A stretch of 46,774 bases of DNA from Meiothermus sp. GTDB taxonomy: Bacteria > Deinococcota > Deinococci > Deinococcales > Thermaceae. Under the pieces are notes generated by a model. The model ran no database searches. It saw only the letters and a list, made by a program, of their open reading frames with translations, and had not been told where the DNA came from. The stretch's first letter is position 1; every line of letters begins with the position of its first letter. The stretch is taken from positions 1-46,774 of the forward strand of contig JANRLD010000096.1 in assembly GCA_033762915.1 (NCBI GenBank), written 5' to 3'. Shown here piece after piece: positions 8,819 to 20,792 of this stretch. Position numbers and translations under genes: made by a program.

Positions 8819-10815
8819 TCGCCCCGATGGAGAAGCTCGTCGTCGCCGCGCCCAAGCGGCTGGCGCGTGAGCTGCTGGCCGACCTGCAAAAGGCCGGGGT
8901 GGTACACATCGACCCCCTGCGCCCCGAGGAGCTGGGCGAGTACCGTCTGAGCCCTTCCGAGGAGGCCGAGATGCGCCGCTGGGAGGGCGCGGTCACCCAG
9001 GCCGAGCAGGCCCTGAATGTGCTGGGCGCAAAGGCGGTGGCGGCTGCCCGGCCTTTCACTGGCTCGCTCGAGGAAGCCGAGGCAGCCCTCAAGCCGGTCT
9101 ACTCCCGCGCCGAGCAACTGGGTAAGGAGAAGGCGGGCCTTGAGGAGGAGATCCAGACCATAGACCTCTTCAGCAAGGCCGCTGACAAGCTATCCGGCTT
9201 AGCTCAAGGGTTGGATCGTAGCCCCCGCCTCACGGTGATCCCCTTCCTGCTCTCTAAGGTTGAGGAAGTCACTGCCGTGCAGAGCGCCCTCGGCGCCGCC
9301 CTGCAAGACCGCTACGCCTTTGACACCGACACCCTCGAGAGCAGTGTGGCGGCGGTGCTGGTGGTGAAGAAGGAGGAGACTGAGGTCGCTCGCTCGGCCC
9401 TCTCGAGGCTCGGTCTGGCCGAACTACGCTTCCCCGGCGTCTACGGCACCCTACCCCTCAGCCAGGCGGCGGCCCGCATGAAGGAGCGTGCTGCTTCGGC
9501 CCCTCGTGACTTGGCGGGAACCCTCCAGGAGGTCGAGAGGCTGGGGCGCGACTCCAAGGATACCCTCGGCACCATCTGGACGCGGGCCAAGGACGAGTCG
9601 GCCCGCTACAAGACTACCGCCGACATGGCCGCCGGTAAGTACGGCGCGGCCCTGATGGGCTGGGTGCCGCAGAAGGCCAAGGGTAAGGTCGAGGAGGCAC
9701 TGGGTCGTCTGCGTGACCAGATCGTCTATGCTTTCGAGCCGGTGGACGAGCACCACGAGGGTCACCAGGTCCCCGTGACGCTCGACAACCCCGGCTGGGC
9801 CAAGCCTTACGAGTTGCTGCACGGCTTCCTCAACACCCCGCGCTACGGCTCCTACGACCCCACCATCATTATCGCGCTATTCTTCCCGCTGTTCTTCGGG
9901 ATCGTGGTGGGCGACATGGGCTTGGGTCTGTTGTTCGGCCTGCTGGCCTGGTGGCTGGGCGGCAAGGCCCGACGCAAGGAGAACTGGGAGATCAGCTTCC
10001 TGGGGGCCAACCTGGGGCCGGACGTGCTCAGCAGCCTCAGCCGCGTACTCTGGGCGATGACCTTCTGGGCGGTGGTCTGGGGCTTCTTGTACGGCGAGTT
10101 CTTCGGGACGTTCCTCGAGAAGCTCAAGATCTGGAACGGCTACACCCTGTTCTACCCCACCGGTGAGTTCGATAACCATCCTGGCTTTATCGAGATCATC
10201 ATCAACCGCCTGGACTTCGCCCTCACCGCCAACGGCCTAATGCTCTTCAGCGTGATGTTCGGGGTGGCCATCGTGCTCTACGCCTTCTTTGTTCGGATGC
10301 AGGAGGGCCTCAAGCACGGCCACATGAGCCACTTCTGGGAGGGACTGGGCTACTTTAGCAGCAGCGTGGCCCTGATCGTGGGTGCTTACATGTTCCTGGC
10401 TGGGGTCAACAATCCCATCCTACTAGCCATCGTAATCGGGGGCTTGGCCCTCTTCGTCTTCGCCGCCATCCGCTCGGGCATCCCCCTGATGTTTGCCGAA
10501 TTCCTGGGTAAAGGAGGGCAAATCCTCAGCTTCATCCGTCTGTACGCGGTTGGCGTGGCGGGCGCGGTGCTAGCCAGCCTGGCCAACCAGGTTGGCTTTG
10601 CGATGGCCCGCGAATGGGGCTTCATCGGCGGCGTGCTGGGCTTCGTGATCGGGTTGGTGCTGCTGCTCTTCATCATCGCCATCACCACCCTGGGCCACTT
10701 GCTCCAGCCCATCCGTCTGATGTGGATCGAGTTTGGCACCAACTATGGCTTCTATGACGAGTCGGGTAGACCCTATAGGCCGTTCAAGTCGGTTCGCAGT
10801 GAGCAGCAAGGTTAA
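8815..10815 (+). CDS. atpI: V/A-type ATP synthase subunit I (a)
   Basis: MIAPMEK start, YDPT, GDMG, LSFIRLYAVG (essential Arg), RLMWIEF. Confidence 0.95.
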   Translation: MIAPMEKLVVAAPKRLARELLADLQKAGVVHIDPLRPEELGEYRLSPSEEAEMRRWEGAVTQAEQALNVLGAKAVAAARPFTGSLEEAEAALKPVYSRAEQLGKEKAGLEEEIQTIDLFSKAADKLSGLAQGLDRSPRLTVIPFLLSKVEEVTAVQSALGAALQDRYAFDTDTLESSVAAVLVVKKEETEVARSALSRLGLAELRFPGVYGTLPLSQAAARMKERAASAPRDLAGTLQEVERLGRDSKDTLGTIWTRAKDESARYKTTADMAAGKYGAALMGWVPQKAKGKVEEALGRLRDQIVYAFEPVDEHHEGHQVPVTLDNPGWAKPYELLHGFLNTPRYGSYDPTIIIALFFPLFFGIVVGDMGLGLLFGLLAWWLGGKARRKENWEISFLGANLGPDVLSSLSRVLWAMTFWAVVWGFLYGEFFGTFLEKLKIWNGYTLFYPTGEFDNHPGFIEIIINRLDFALTANGLMLFSVMFGVAIVLYAFFVRMQEGLKHGHMSHFWEGLGYFSSSVALIVGAYMFLAGVNNPILLAIVIGGLALFVFAAIRSGIPLMFAEFLGKGGQILSFIRLYAVGVAGAVLASLANQVGFAMAREWGFIGGVLGFVIGLVLLLFIIAITTLGHLLQPIRLMWIEFGTNYGFYDESGRPYRPFKSVRSEQQG

Positions 10816-10964
10816 GGCAGTCGGCACAGCCATGCGCTGAAAAGATAAATAGCTAAGAGCTAGCTGCCAGACCACTAGGGGCTCAGCGCCCGAAAACTCG
10901 ATTAGATCCTAAAGTGCCCAAAAGCACCCCGGAACCAAAACAGGCAGTAAAAGGAGAGATACAC

Positions 10965-11264
10965 ATGACGAAAAGCATCAAAGTGACCAAGCTGGTTCTG
11001 TTCGTGGCAATCGTGATTCTGGCAACTGTGGCGTTCGCCGCCGAGGAAGGGGCGGCGGCCGCTGTGAGCTACGCCGCCATCGGTAAGGGCTTGGCCATCG
11101 GCTTGGGTATTTTGGGCACGGGCGTGGCACAGTCGGCTATTGGTGCAGCTGCGCTGGGTGCAGTGGTGGAAGACCGCCGCAACTTCGGTACGGCCCTGCT
11201 ATTCTTCCTGCTGCCCGAGACGCTGGCGATCTTCGGCCTGGCCTTCTCGTTCCTCATCAACTAA
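10965..11264 (+). CDS. atpK: V/A-type ATP synthase proteolipid subunit K/L (c)
   Basis: Leader-like N-terminus, single helical hairpin with LPETL carboxylate; AGGAG RBS before ATG 10965. Confidence 0.95.
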   Translation: MTKSIKVTKLVLFVAIVILATVAFAAEEGAAAAVSYAAIGKGLAIGLGILGTGVAQSAIGAAALGAVVEDRRNFGTALLFFLLPETLAIFGLAFSFLIN

Positions 11265-11267
11265 GGC

Positions 11268-11385
11268 GGTTGAAGGTCGACCGTTGAAGGTTGAGGGCGC
11301 TAGCCGTTAGTTCAAAGTCAACGGCCAAGAGCAAAAGGCCCGAAGCCAGCAGCAGCTTTCAACTCTCAGCGTTCAACTTTCAGCG
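11268..11385. repeat. Inverted arrays of degenerate 7-mers (K-E spacer)
   Basis: GGTTGAA GGTCGAC CGTTGAA GGTTGAG ... TTCAACT CTCAGCG TTCAACT TTCAGCG. Confidence 0.7.
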
Positions 11386-11400
11386 CCCCGCAGGAGCTTC

Positions 11401-11967
11401 ATGTCCAAACTCGAAGACATCCTTCAAAACGAAATCACCACCGAGATCGCGGCGATCCAGGGGGCGGGGGAGGCCAAGGCTAAGGCCATCGTCGCCGCGG
11501 CAATGGAGAAGGCCGAGGCCCTCAAGGCCTCCAAGTCCCGGCAACTCGAGGCCGAGAACGCCGCCGCCCTGCGCCGCGCCGAGTCAGCCGCCGAGTTGCT
11601 CTTGAACCAGGCTCGCATCGCCGCACGCGGCAGGGCCGTGGATCAGGTCAAATCGGGTGTGCAGAAAGAGCTGACTAGCTTGGTCGGTCAGGCCTCTTTC
11701 GGTGACGTACTCAAACGCCTGGCCGATGAGGCCATCAAGAGCGTGGGTAAAGCCGAGAGCGTGGTCGTGAACCCCGCCCACCTGAGCTTGCTTGAGGGAT
11801 GGGCCAAGGCCCAGGGTCTCAGGCTGGAGTCCAGTCCCGCCGTCCAGAACGGTGTGCGGGTGGTGGCCGAGGGCAGCAAGTCCTTTGTGCAGAACGCGCT
11901 GGGGGAGCGCCTTGAGCGCTCCTGGGACGCCCTCTCGGCAAGAGCTGCGAAAGCCATCTGGGGGTGA
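11401..11967 (+). CDS. atpE: V/A-type ATP synthase subunit E
   Basis: MSKLEDILQ start, coiled coil plus globular C-terminus, operon position. Confidence 0.92.
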   Translation: MSKLEDILQNEITTEIAAIQGAGEAKAKAIVAAAMEKAEALKASKSRQLEAENAAALRRAESAAELLLNQARIAARGRAVDQVKSGVQKELTSLVGQASFGDVLKRLADEAIKSVGKAESVVVNPAHLSLLEGWAKAQGLRLESSPAVQNGVRVVAEGSKSFVQNALGERLERSWDALSARAAKAIWG

Positions 11968-11970
11968 GCA

Positions 11971-12942
11971 GTGAGCTACGCCTACCTTAATGCCCGTGTC
12001 CGTAACCGCCGCAGCCAAGTGGTGCCGGACTCGTGGTATCAGCAGGCGCTGAACCTGCCCTTTCCCGACTTTGTGCGTTCGCTGGGCGACACCATCTACG
12101 GCCCTGACCTTCAGGGTGACACCTTGGCCGACGTGGATCGGGCCATTGCCAATCACATGCGCCGCACGGTAGCCGACCTGCCGGGCTTGGTCACTGGCTC
12201 CAACCGCGAGGCGGTTGGGCTCCTGTTGCTCCAGTCCGACCTGACCAATCTAAAGGCCATCCTGCGTGGCAAGGCTGCCGGAACTGCGCCGGAAGATATC
12301 AAGACCAAGCTGGTGGGTGGCACTCTACCCGAAGTGCTGGTGAACGCTATGCTTCAGGCCCCCGATGCGCAGTCGGTGGCCCAGGTACTCCAGTTGCCCA
12401 CGCATCCGCTGGCGAAGGCCCTGCGCAACGCGGTAGTGGGCAACTCTGACCCGCTTTCGGTCGAGGTCGCGCTCGACCGCGATTTCTTCGCCTACAGCCT
12501 GGAAAAGGCTCGCCGCCTTCGACAGCCCGCGCTGGCCTCTTATTTCGTAATGCAGGTAGACGCTACCAACCTCTCCACCGCCTTCAAGCTGCAAGGGCAG
12601 AATGTCTCGGGTGTAGAGACCTACTTCGTCCCCGGTGGCAGCGTGGTTAATCAGGTGCTGTTCAGCCGCATCGCGGGCGGCGACTCCGGCGCTATGGAGG
12701 CGCTGGCGAACACCGCCTTGGCTGGTGCCTCGAGCGCACGCAACTTGGGCGACCTCGAGCGTGCGCTGCGCAGAATCTTAATGGATAAGGCTGCTCAGGG
12801 CGGCAAGGACGCGCTTGGGGCAGGGTTGGCCCTCGACTACATCCGCAAGAAGGAGTGGGAGGGCTCGCGCATTCGTCTGCTGGCCAGGCGTGCCTACTTC
12901 AATCTGCCCGCCGACGCAGTGGCAAAGGAGGTGTCGCTATGA
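11971..12942 (+). CDS. atpC: V/A-type ATP synthase subunit C (d)
   Basis: YAYLNARVR, DLTNLKAILRGK and EWEGSRIRLLAR motifs. Confidence 0.92.
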   Translation: MSYAYLNARVRNRRSQVVPDSWYQQALNLPFPDFVRSLGDTIYGPDLQGDTLADVDRAIANHMRRTVADLPGLVTGSNREAVGLLLLQSDLTNLKAILRGKAAGTAPEDIKTKLVGGTLPEVLVNAMLQAPDAQSVAQVLQLPTHPLAKALRNAVVGNSDPLSVEVALDRDFFAYSLEKARRLRQPALASYFVMQVDATNLSTAFKLQGQNVSGVETYFVPGGSVVNQVLFSRIAGGDSGAMEALANTALAGASSARNLGDLERALRRILMDKAAQGGKDALGAGLALDYIRKKEWEGSRIRLLARRAYFNLPADAVAKEVSL

Positions 12943-13259
12943 AGATCGGTGTCCTGACCGACCCCGAGACCGCCTCAGGTTACCGCTTGGCGGGCCTCGA
13001 GGCTGTCACCGCCTCCAAGGAAGACGCCGCCTCCAAGCTGGTGCAGATGATTCAGTCCGACCAGTACGCCCTGGTGGCGGTAGACGAGAGCCTCCTGGCC
13101 GACCCCAACAAGGCCGCCGAGCGTACCATGCGCGGGCGCAGTGCCCCCGTCCTCCTGACCCTCCCCAACCTGCTCGACACCTTCAGCGGCGGCGGGGACG
13201 CCAAGGCCTACATGCGGCAGTTGGTGCGGGAGACTATAGGCTTCGACATTAAGTTGTGA
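12939..13259 (+). CDS. atpF: V/A-type ATP synthase subunit F
   Basis: IGVLTDPETASGYRLAG..VRETIGFDIKL; ATG 12939 after GGAGG. Confidence 0.93.
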   Translation: MKIGVLTDPETASGYRLAGLEAVTASKEDAASKLVQMIQSDQYALVAVDESLLADPNKAAERTMRGRSAPVLLTLPNLLDTFSGGGDAKAYMRQLVRETIGFDIKL

Positions 13260-13276
13260 GCGCTGTTTCGTGGAGG

Positions 13277-13340
13277 GCGATTGGCAATTGGCAGTTAGCT
13301 CTTTTGGTTTTGACTTTGCTGACTGCTAAGCGCTAACTGC
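13277..13340. repeat. Inverted arrays of degenerate 7-mers (F-A spacer)
   Basis: GCGATTG GCAATTG GCAGTTA ... TGACTGC TAAGCGC TAACTGC. Confidence 0.65.
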
Positions 13341-13383
13341 AAAAAGTCAGACCCAACCACACCCCACACAAGGAGGAACAATA

Positions 13384-15120
<1,737 letters not shown>

Positions 15121-15133
15121 GGCGCAGAGCGCC

Positions 15134-15203
15134 CGTCGAACGTCGAATGTCGCACGTCAAACGCAAGACCAATCGCGCAGGGCGTATGACGTAAGACGTA
15201 AGA
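15134..15203. repeat. Degenerate 7-mer arrays (A-B spacer)
   Basis: CGTCGAA CGTCGAA TGTCGCA CGTCAAA CGCAAGA ... CGTATGA CGTAAGA CGTAAGA. Confidence 0.75.
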
Positions 15204-15217
15204 CAGGAGGTAACCAA

Positions 15218-16618
<1,401 letters not shown>

Positions 16619-16625
16619 GCGATGC

Positions 16626-16692
16626 GGTCGTACGTCGTACGTCGTACGCGGAAGTTACAAAAGGCGTAAGACGTTTGACCCAAGACGTATGA
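16626..16692. repeat. Degenerate 7-mer arrays (B-D spacer)
   Basis: GGTCGTA CGTCGTA CGTCGTA ... CGTAAGA CGTTTGA CCCAAGA CGTATGA. Confidence 0.75.
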
Positions 16693-16708
16693 CGCACCGG
16701 AGGTGCCA

Positions 16709-17374
16709 ATGGCTGAACAAGTCTCACCCACACGCTCCACCCTGCTGGCCAAGCGCGACCAGAAGCGCCTGGCTTTGCAGGGGGCGGATCTGTTGAAGAA
16801 TAAGCGGGACGCCTTGATCGGGGAGTTTTTCGCCCTGGTGCAGGACTCGCTCAAAGCCCGCGAGGCCCTCAACAGCGCCGCCAAGGACGCCTACTTTAGC
16901 CTGCTGATCGCCAAGGCCTTCGACACCCCCGAGGCGGTGGAGTCGCTCTCGAGCAGCCCCATGCAAGTGGACATGACCATCGAGAGCCTCTACGGCGTAA
17001 AGGTGCCCAAGCTTTCGGCGCCCCAGGTTGGGGGCGGGCTGTCCTTCAGCCCAATCGGGGTGGGGGCCAAGACCCTCGAGGCCGCCACCGCTTTCCGCGC
17101 CCTGGCCGATGCCATCACGGCGGTCGCCAACACCGAGAACCGTCTGCGGCGCATCGGCGAGGAGATCAAGAAAACCAACCGCCGCGTGAACGCCCTCGAG
17201 CAGATCGCCATCCCGGAGATCAACGAGCAGATCAAGTTCGTCTCCGATACCCTGGACCAGCGGGCGCTCGAGGAAGTCACCACCCTCAAGCGCATTAAGG
17301 CCGCAATTCTGGCCCGCGACGCCGAGGAATCGGGGATTGTGTCGGCGCACCTCGAGAAGGGCGCTGGGCTGTAA
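16709..17374 (+). CDS. atpD: V/A-type ATP synthase subunit D
   Basis: VSPTR..LLKNKRDAL, EIKKTNRRVNALE. Confidence 0.96.
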   Translation: MAEQVSPTRSTLLAKRDQKRLALQGADLLKNKRDALIGEFFALVQDSLKAREALNSAAKDAYFSLLIAKAFDTPEAVESLSSSPMQVDMTIESLYGVKVPKLSAPQVGGGLSFSPIGVGAKTLEAATAFRALADAITAVANTENRLRRIGEEIKKTNRRVNALEQIAIPEINEQIKFVSDTLDQRALEEVTTLKRIKAAILARDAEESGIVSAHLEKGAGL

Positions 17375-17392
17375 GGAAAAAAAAGCTGCTTG

Positions 17393-17420
17393 AAAGCCCC
17401 GTCGGAAGGCGGGGTTTTTG
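17393..17420 (+). terminator. Terminator of the ATPase operon
   Basis: AAAGCCCCGTC-GGAA-GGCGGGGTTTTT. Confidence 0.8.
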
Positions 17421-17464
17421 CTTGGGTTTGTCTTACGTAGATAACATAATGTAAAATGAATTTC

Positions 17465-19090
17465 ATGGCTGGATACTTGCCTTGGACTGATGAAGAACTC
17501 GAAAAGCTTCTTCAAGAGTGGGTGACCTCTTCTCTCGAGGGGCCGAAATTTGATGTAAAGCTACAACTCAATTACACAACAAAACAAGAAAAAGTGGAAT
17601 TTTGTAAGGACATATCTTCCATAGCAAATACCGACCATCCAGATCATTTTGGTGATTTCGGAGTTATTGTGTTTGGGGCAACTAGGGGTTCAATTGTCGG
17701 AATTTCAAATATGCCAAAGCCCGATGTAGAGAAGCTTCAGACGGAACTAGAATCTAAAGTCAAAGAGTATCTACAGCCTTACCCTCATTTCCATGTAAAG
17801 ATTTTTGGTGACAACAACAATTGGTGGGGAGCAATCCTAATCGAGCCGTCTCATCAACAACCGCACATGTTTATTCGTGACTTTAATGGCAGTCCCGCGA
17901 AGGGTGAGTGGTTTGTGCATGTTGGAAGTAGCAGCGGCCCCGCTTCCCCAGAAGACTATGCACGAATACTGCGCAAAGCTGTTCAAACAGCCGTGGATCC
18001 GCTTGTTGATAGATTGAGCAGACTCAGTTTTGAGATTGAAACTCTTAAGCAACGACAGGAAGATGGTGTTTTTCGTCTGATACAAGGCTTATCCAATCGT
18101 GTTTTAGGTGCCAACTCTCAACCCCTTGAGGCTGAGAACTTAGCATTGACGATAGCCTCTGATGCTGGACTTGACCTACCTACTAGGGTTAGACAAAGAT
18201 ACCGTAGACCTGTTGATCTCCTAGCCACAGATATTGTTCAGTCAGCAATAAGTTTGCGGGAGCAAATCGAAACTGCGGACGCGAAAATTTTGCCTTGGAG
18301 TTTGCAACCTAGTGATGGCGCAACTGCGAAAGCGGTCATTCATTTTCTCGAGTCAGCCTGTAAGTCGTTTGTGGGCACAGTAGCTAGTATTGCTGCTTAT
18401 GACGAAGGAGGGGAACTCTTCACAGCACTTAAGCGTGCCATTTCAATAGTGGGGAGAGACTATGAACCAAGGGGTACATTTACGAGTATCGGAGAAACCG
18501 TTCGACAATACCCCTTGGTTTTGGCCGTTTATGCTGCATTTGTTGTTGGGGGGCTTTATAACCGTCCAAGACTGTTGAGAACTGTTCTTGATACACCTTT
18601 TCGTCCGAGACGGCACTCTGTCAAGTCAAAAACTGCGAATATCTTTTGGGGTCTTTGGGAGTTGAGGGAGTCTAGTGAACTTTTCCAACACATCCATACA
18701 CAGCGTTTGCATGAACCTATTGGTGCGCGGATTTTCGATGTTCTAGTACGAAAGGACGGGTGGATTGTTGAGTATGTAAACAACGGCGAGGTGTCACCTG
18801 AGCAGTCTTTTTGGCTTGGAGAATTCTTATTATCCTTGGGTGCCGCAGAGTTCAATGAATTCGGAAATCGTCAGGTCTATCCTGGTGTTTATTTCTATTA
18901 CCCTGATGCCAAAGATGTGTTGACAACGTTCCTTTCAGAGCCCCCTGAGTGGTTTCCCACCTTATACAGGCTTCAGATTGATGAAGTGTTGAGGTTATAT
19001 GACACTGAGGCTTCCCTCGTTTCACACCGATCATTTGGTAGTTCTCAGGTCGCAGCCCTCTCCTTATTCAAAGAAGGCCAGAAGAAATAG
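17465..19090 (+). CDS. AlbA_2 (Schlafen-like) domain protein with an uncharacterised helical C-terminal region; horizontally acquired
   Basis: N-terminal LEGPKFDVK..EFCKDISSIANT..GVIVFG..IVGI pattern; visibly AT-rich codon usage unlike the flanks; start chosen from TAAAAT-7nt-ATG (alternative ATG 17456). Confidence 0.75.
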   Translation: MAGYLPWTDEELEKLLQEWVTSSLEGPKFDVKLQLNYTTKQEKVEFCKDISSIANTDHPDHFGDFGVIVFGATRGSIVGISNMPKPDVEKLQTELESKVKEYLQPYPHFHVKIFGDNNNWWGAILIEPSHQQPHMFIRDFNGSPAKGEWFVHVGSSSGPASPEDYARILRKAVQTAVDPLVDRLSRLSFEIETLKQRQEDGVFRLIQGLSNRVLGANSQPLEAENLALTIASDAGLDLPTRVRQRYRRPVDLLATDIVQSAISLREQIETADAKILPWSLQPSDGATAKAVIHFLESACKSFVGTVASIAAYDEGGELFTALKRAISIVGRDYEPRGTFTSIGETVRQYPLVLAVYAAFVVGGLYNRPRLLRTVLDTPFRPRRHSVKSKTANIFWGLWELRESSELFQHIHTQRLHEPIGARIFDVLVRKDGWIVEYVNNGEVSPEQSFWLGEFLLSLGAAEFNEFGNRQVYPGVYFYYPDAKDVLTTFLSEPPEWFPTLYRLQIDEVLRLYDTEASLVSHRSFGSSQVAALSLFKEGQKK

Positions 19091-19199
19091 GACTAGTGAG
19101 CAGAATACGCGATCATGTAGTTGTGTTTCCTACTAAGCATGTTCCTGTGGAAACCCCTCGAGCGCACCGTCCTCGAGCCCGGAAAACGCAGCGGTCAGT

Positions 19200-19293
19200 C
19201 GTCCATTCGTGGTTTGCGAATCACCTGGAGGAATTTCCCGAACTCGAGGCCGAAAACATTCGGGCTTGTTTGGTTTGGCTGAAGCAAACTTAG
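19200..19293 (+). pseudogene. Remnant resembling the C-terminus of a DUF433 antitoxin-like protein
   Basis: LEEFPELEAENIRACLVW resembles the IL.DYP.L..EDI.A.L.Y pattern; no intact N-terminus. Confidence 0.45.
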
Positions 19294-19299
19294 CTTCCT

Positions 19300-19470
19300 T
19301 CACGCCACTCGAGCAGGCCGCTTTGGTGGTTTGGCGCATTTGCAAAAGCAAGCTCTGGAACTTGCCAATGCGCTCCTGGGTGGTGGCGAATTTTTGGTCG
19401 TTGTGGATCATTTTGACTCTTCGAATAGCTCAATGATGCCACGTTTGGACTTATTCCGCGTGGCCCCCTG
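19300..19470 (-). pseudogene. Remnant of a translationally coupled small gene pair
   Basis: ..RNKSKRGIIELFEESK* overlaps (ATGA) the start of MIHNDQKFATTQERIGKFQSLLLQMR, which loses coherence at a CTCGAG near 19308. Confidence 0.35.
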
Positions 19471-19527
19471 GCTGGCCAGTTGGGTGGCCTGCCTGAGGGC
19501 ACGGTTTACCGTTGTGGGGCTGAGGCT

Positions 19528-19812
19528 TTAGGCCAAGGCCATCGGCAGGAACAGCGCCAGCACCCAGATCAGCACGAAGGGCTTGACGGTGAGGGAGGGG
19601 GTGAGGGGGAGTAGGGGGGAGGCGGGCTGGGGAGGGAAGCGGTGGGGCAGGGGAGCAAAGGCGGGGTTGGCCTCGAGGTTGGGGGTTGGGTTGTCTTCTG
19701 CTCCCCGTTCCTGGCTCCCCGATCCACTGCCGAGCTCTTGGGTGCCCTCCCCTTGGGTCTCGCCTTTTTCTATCCCCTCGGGCGTAATTCTGTAGCCAAA
19801 AATCTCGATCAT
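19528..19812 (-). CDS. Hypothetical small protein with C-terminal hydrophobic anchor
   Basis: GGAGG RBS before ATG 19812; Pro/Gly-rich middle; C-terminal FVLIWVLALFL segment. Confidence 0.5.
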   Translation of the reverse strand: MIEIFGYRITPEGIEKGETQGEGTQELGSGSGSQERGAEDNPTPNLEANPAFAPLPHRFPPQPASPLLPLTPSLTVKPFVLIWVLALFLPMALA

Positions 19813-20210
19813 CGAATACCTCCGGTCAGGTTCACGTCTAACGCGCTCTGCGGCTTGATCTGGGCCGGCTGTCAGGCTGGCGGCTGAGATTAGGCTTGCA
19901 GCACGGCCTCGAGCCGCGGGGCTGAGGTTCGTGCCAAGGCCACATAAATGCACAGGCTGCCCCCCAATGCGTGAAAAAGTCGCAAGCTTCACCTCAGCCC
20001 TCAGAACTCCAGCGGGGCTGGAGTTAGCTGTAGGGTAGCCAAGAAATCACCCCGGCCGACGTTAAGCGCGTGCGGCTGGGGCGTAAAGGCGACGTTGACT
20101 GGACGCGGGGGTGTTGGCGTTACAGGTAATTGTTTGCTGGCGACCGGGCCGAAGCGGATAACGTTGGCCGTTACGACAGCGGGCAACGCGGGAGGTTATC
20201 CGTACTTGGG

Positions 20211-20672
20211 CTAGCGGAAGTTCACCCCCAGCCGTCCGTGGGGGATCAGCACGCTGCCCCCGAACACCGAGCCGCCCCCGATGCCGATCACCCCCTGAAC
20301 CTCGCCCTCGAGGAAGAAGCTAAACCCGTCGCCCCCGAACTCGAAGTTGGCGAAGCCCCTGGGGGTCAGCACCACCCCCGCGACGCCGGCTCCGAAAGGC
20401 ACGTAGACCTCGGTTCCCGCCCCTATGGCCTAGCGGGTGCTGGCGTTGAGGCTACCCATCGGGAACAGCACCTCCACGCTCCCGTTGAGCAGACCGCCGC
20501 CCACCAGCAGCGGAAAGCCCAGGCCTAGGCGCAATTCGGCGGCGCTCAGGTCTATGCTGTACTGCACGCCGATCAGGTATACCCCGAAGGCACTGCGGTT
20601 GGCGCCCTAGGCCCAGCCAAGTGAGCCCACCAGCAGCAAAGCCAAAACCAGCATCTTGTTCATCGCGCGCAT
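20211..20672 (-). pseudogene. Small outer-membrane beta-barrel gene with two in-frame TAG codons
   Basis: AAGGAG RBS; signal peptide MRAMNKMLVLALLLVGSLGWA; alternating Gly/aromatic strands; C-terminal GRLGVNFR; TAG at 20609-20607 and 20432-20430 with the frame otherwise intact. Confidence 0.7.
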
Positions 20673-20792
20673 CGTTCACCACTCCTTTGGGCAATATCTT
20701 CTGGCTGCCTGGGGCCGAGTCTAGGGCGGGGGGCGTTATGTCGCCGTTAGTATGTCACACGTACCCCCACCCCCGCCGCCTACAATGGCGGG

